A program made the translations under genes and the position numbers. A stretch of 64,000 nt of DNA from Planctomycetota bacterium (GTDB taxonomy: Bacteria > Planctomycetota > UBA1135 > UBA2386), in NCBI GenBank assembly GCA_029936315.1, contig JAPYTD010000008.1, positions 5,443-69,442 on the forward strand, in the 5' to 3' direction. Position 1 is the first letter of the stretch; each line of letters opens with the position of its first letter. The notes under the pieces were generated by a model, which was not told the DNA's origin, made no database searches, and saw only the letters and a program-made list of their open reading frames with translations. Positions 54,688 through 64,000 of the stretch are shown piece after piece.

Positions 54688-55374
54688 ATGGCTCGTCATC
54701 GCAGCCGACGTTACGAACAGAGCGCCGCCAAAATGGAGCGCAACAAGCGCTACCAGCTTGAGGAAGGCATCTCGCTGATCAAGTCGCTCGCCGGACCTAA
54801 GTTCGATGAGTCGGTCGATTTGGTGGTGCGCATCGGCATCGACCCGAAGAAGACTGATCAGCTCGTTCGCGGTTCGGTTGCGTTGCCAAACGGCACCGGC
54901 AAGTCAATCAAGATCGCGGTCTTCGCCGACGGTGACAAGGCGCAGGAAGCCAAGGACGCTGGTGCGGACTTCGTTGGTGCTGCGGACCTGGCGGAGAAGA
55001 TCGAAAAGGGCTTCACGGACTTCGACATGACCATCGCGTCCCCGGACATGATGCGCTTCGTCGGCAAGCTCGGTAAGGTGCTCGGCCCGCAAGGCAAGAT
55101 GCCGTCGCCGAAGGCCGGCACGGTCACGCCAAATGTCGCCCAGGCGGTCAAAGAGTTCAAAGCGGGCAAGATCGAGTTTCGCACCGACGCGGGTGCCAAC
55201 GTGCACGCTGCCATCGGCAAGAAGTCGTTTGGCGCTGCAGAACTGTCGCAGAACTTGACGGCCTTTGTCGAGCACTTGCGCTCGCTGCGTCCGTCGCAAG
55301 CGAAGGGTGACTTCATCAAGAAGGTGGTTGTCTCCACTTCCATGGGGCCGGGCGTTGCGCTCGCAGTCGAATAA
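54688..55374 (+). CDS. rplA: 50S ribosomal protein L1
   Basis: FDESVDLVVRIGIDPKKTDQLVRGSVALPNGTGK is L1 family sequence. Confidence 0.97.
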   Translation: MARHRSRRYEQSAAKMERNKRYQLEEGISLIKSLAGPKFDESVDLVVRIGIDPKKTDQLVRGSVALPNGTGKSIKIAVFADGDKAQEAKDAGADFVGAADLAEKIEKGFTDFDMTIASPDMMRFVGKLGKVLGPQGKMPSPKAGTVTPNVAQAVKEFKAGKIEFRTDAGANVHAAIGKKSFGAAELSQNLTAFVEHLRSLRPSQAKGDFIKKVVVSTSMGPGVALAVE

Positions 55375-55385
55375 GGAGCACGAAA

Positions 55386-55907
55386 ATGCCCAACATAGTC
55401 AACCAGATTCTGTTCGACGAACTGAAGCAAGACTTCCAGAACATGGGGTCGTGCGTCGTCGTTGATGTTGGCCCTGTAAACCCGAAGCAAGACATCGAGA
55501 TCCGCGCCAAGTTGCGTGAGGCCGGCGCTAGCTACAAGGTCGTGCGCAACCGCCTCGCTAAGCGGGCGTTTGCCGAAGTGGGGCTCGACATGGCGGAAGC
55601 CATCACGGGTCGCTGCGGCATTGCCGTCGCGGAGAACGAGGGCGCCATCGGGGCTGCCAAGGCCCTTCGCGACTGGATCAACGCAACCAAGAACAGCCCG
55701 ATTGCGATCAAGGGCGGCGTTATCGAAGGCGCGACCTTCGTTGGTGCTGCAGCTGCCGAAATCGCCGAGTTGCCCGACCGAGACACGATCAACACGATGT
55801 TGGTCTGCGCCATCAGTGGTCCCGCTCGCGGGCTCGCCGGTGTCGTCAACGCCGTGGCAGGTGGTCTTGCCCGGTGCATTCAAGCCAAGGTGGACAAAGG
55901 CGAATAG
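55386..55907 (+). CDS. rplJ: 50S ribosomal protein L10
   Basis: Its position between rplA and rplL, its size of 173 aa, and an L10-like sequence (LREAGASYKVVRNRLAKRA). Confidence 0.92.
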   Translation: MPNIVNQILFDELKQDFQNMGSCVVVDVGPVNPKQDIEIRAKLREAGASYKVVRNRLAKRAFAEVGLDMAEAITGRCGIAVAENEGAIGAAKALRDWINATKNSPIAIKGGVIEGATFVGAAAAEIAELPDRDTINTMLVCAISGPARGLAGVVNAVAGGLARCIQAKVDKGE

Positions 55908-56003
55908 CCAAGGCTCTCGCGACGAGTAGTCGCGGCGGCCGGTCGACCCCATTTACTTACCCACTCCTCCCTGCACTTCTGACTTTCCTAGAGGTTTATT
56001 CCG

Positions 56004-56405
56004 ATGTCGGATACTGAAACCGTGACCCTCGACGCTGATCTCGAGGATATTTTCACCAAGATTGACTCACTAAGCCTTGGTAAGGCTGCCCAACTGGTCA
56101 AGGCCATGGAAGATCGCTGGGGTGTCTCCGCGGCTGCTCCGGTCGCCATGATGGCTGCTGGTGGTGGCGGCGACGCCGATGCTGCTGAAGAACAGACTGA
56201 GTTCAACGTCGTGTTGAAGGAAGTCGGTGGCCAGAAGATCAGCGTGATCAAGGCTGTTCGTGAGATCACCGGTCTCGGCCTGAAGGAAGCCAAGGGCCTC
56301 GTTGACGAAGCTCCCAAGGCTGTCAAGGAAGGCACTTCCAAGGACGATGCCGAAGAGATCAAGAAGAAGCTCGAAGAAGCCGGCGCTACGGTCGAGCTTA
56401 CTTAG
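56004..56405 (+). CDS. rplL: 50S ribosomal protein L7/L12
   Basis: An Ala/Gly-rich hinge, then [33 protein letters not shown]. Confidence 0.97.
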   Translation: MSDTETVTLDADLEDIFTKIDSLSLGKAAQLVKAMEDRWGVSAAAPVAMMAAGGGGDADAAEEQTEFNVVLKEVGGQKISVIKAVREITGLGLKEAKGLVDEAPKAVKEGTSKDDAEEIKKKLEEAGATVELT

Positions 56406-56431
56406 TGTTGTTAGCGGAGTGCTCCTTCGAT

Positions 56432-56472
56432 CTCCTCTGCACGCTGGCTAAAACCGGTTCGCAGAGGGGTTT
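56432..56472 (+). terminator. Candidate rplL-rpoB intercistronic attenuator hairpin
   Basis: CTCCTCTGC ... GCAGAGGGG forms a 9-bp stem including one G-U pair, with an inner CTGG/CCGG helix. It is followed by TTTG, 27 nt after the rplL stop. Confidence 0.35.
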
Positions 56473-56959
56473 GCATATCAGTCGCGTCAATGCCCCTAGC
56501 CCCGTTCGCAGTTTTTGTTTGCGACCGGGTAGTCGGGGCGTCTACGCTTCCGTGCGCTGGTTGGATCACTTTTTGCATGCGGATGCTTTCTAGCACTTCG
56601 CCCGTCGCGCATATCGGCCGCCCCCGCCCTTCCCAGGTCGAGGTGTCTGCCGGGAATGGGTGGTGTGGTAGGGAGTTAGCAGTTCCGGGTGCAAGCGGGT
56701 CGGCCGTTTCGGCTCATGCCTGTCAGGATGTCGCGGACTCTCGCAGTCAGCGGAGTCTGATTGATGCACTTCAGTATTTGGTTGGCGAGCACCCATTTGG
56801 TGCGCGCAACTCAGGTGGTGTGTCGCGTTTCTCGCAGCCTTCCCAGCAGGACTCGTCGTTGGTTGCTTCGTTCAGGTCACTTCAATCACGTCCCTGGAAT
56901 GGCTACGCCACTTCCAAGGGAGCACTGATCCCGTGCCCGGGATCATCAGGTGGAACCGC

Positions 56960-60670
<3,711 letters not shown>

Positions 60671-60673
60671 ATT

Positions 60674-60699
60674 CCCCCCGAAGGTGTCCCCCCGAAGGT
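60674..60699. repeat. Perfect 12-bp direct repeat CCCCCCGAAGGT x2 (period 14) right after the rpoB stop
   Basis: Copies at 60674-60685 and 60688-60699. The GGGGGG of the last rpoB codons can pair with either CCCCCC. Confidence 0.9.
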
Positions 60700-60833
60700 C
60701 CCTCCAGATCTCCGCAGTTGTCTCCGGTAGCCGCTCCCGCGACTACCAACCCCCTCTCCGAATTATTCCCCTTCACCCACAAGCGTGACGACGCCAGTGA
60801 GTGATTAGCACCTAGAGAACCAAGGCGCGCCCG

Positions 60834-64000
<3,167 letters not shown>

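Overview
GC-rich bacterial chromosomal segment (GC judged by eye, not computed), almost all conserved core genes. I call about 60 CDS and 5 tRNAs. I see no transposase, integrase, phage gene, CRISPR array or recognisable defence gene. The EF-Tu switch-I variant (AKGGTVRD...[11 protein letters not shown]) and the many lipobox or signal-peptide hypotheticals suggest a PVC/Planctomycetota-like organism; this rests on my recollection of those families, not on a search.

Layout, left to right:
- NAD-dependent formate dehydrogenase genes fdsB (5' truncated), a 462-bp gap, then fdsA and fdsD; a macro-domain protein; a TolB-like propeller protein.
- ftsH followed by a translationally coupled cdaA-cdaR-glmM-tsaB-PepSY string.
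- A minus-strand four-gene membrane operon (DUF2752, GYF_2, TM protein, zinc-ribbon-CPBP protease), divergent from a YtrA-like GntR regulator.
- A large secreted hypothetical; an LRR gene remnant; pyrG, kdsB and two small exported proteins.
- pyc; hflX-nadB; secDF; rplS-trmD; ribE; a DCC oxidoreductase.
- An mlaE-mlaF-mlaD operon led by a highly repetitive lipoprotein.
- PPi-PFK; trpS plus a lipoprotein and a TPR protein; an LPS-kinase-like gene; HU/IHF; a Cys/Met PLP enzyme; Smr-less mutS2; a CheY-like receiver.
- The classical tRNA(Thr-Tyr-Gly-Thr)-tuf-tRNA(Trp)-secE-nusG-rplKAJL-rpoB-rpoC block, with rpoC running off the 3' edge.

Most promising non-housekeeping signals:
1. A lipoprotein of about 20 tandem ~20-residue aromatic-Pro repeats, start-stop coupled to the Mla/MCE transporter. 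That transporter's MlaD carries six ~34-residue C-terminal repeats.
2. The GntR-controlled DUF2752/GYF/TM/ZnR-CPBP membrane operon, with an apparent ABC-ATPase remnant beside the regulator.
3. The ftsH-cdaA-cdaR-glmM-tsaB c-di-AMP/envelope operon.

Smaller oddities: an EF-Tu P-loop Asp to Ala change, MutS2 ending after its KOW-like domain, an LRR fragment with an in-frame TGA, short tandem repeats at gene ends, and several long gene-free gaps.

All family assignments come from motif reading by eye. No database search or structure prediction was run.
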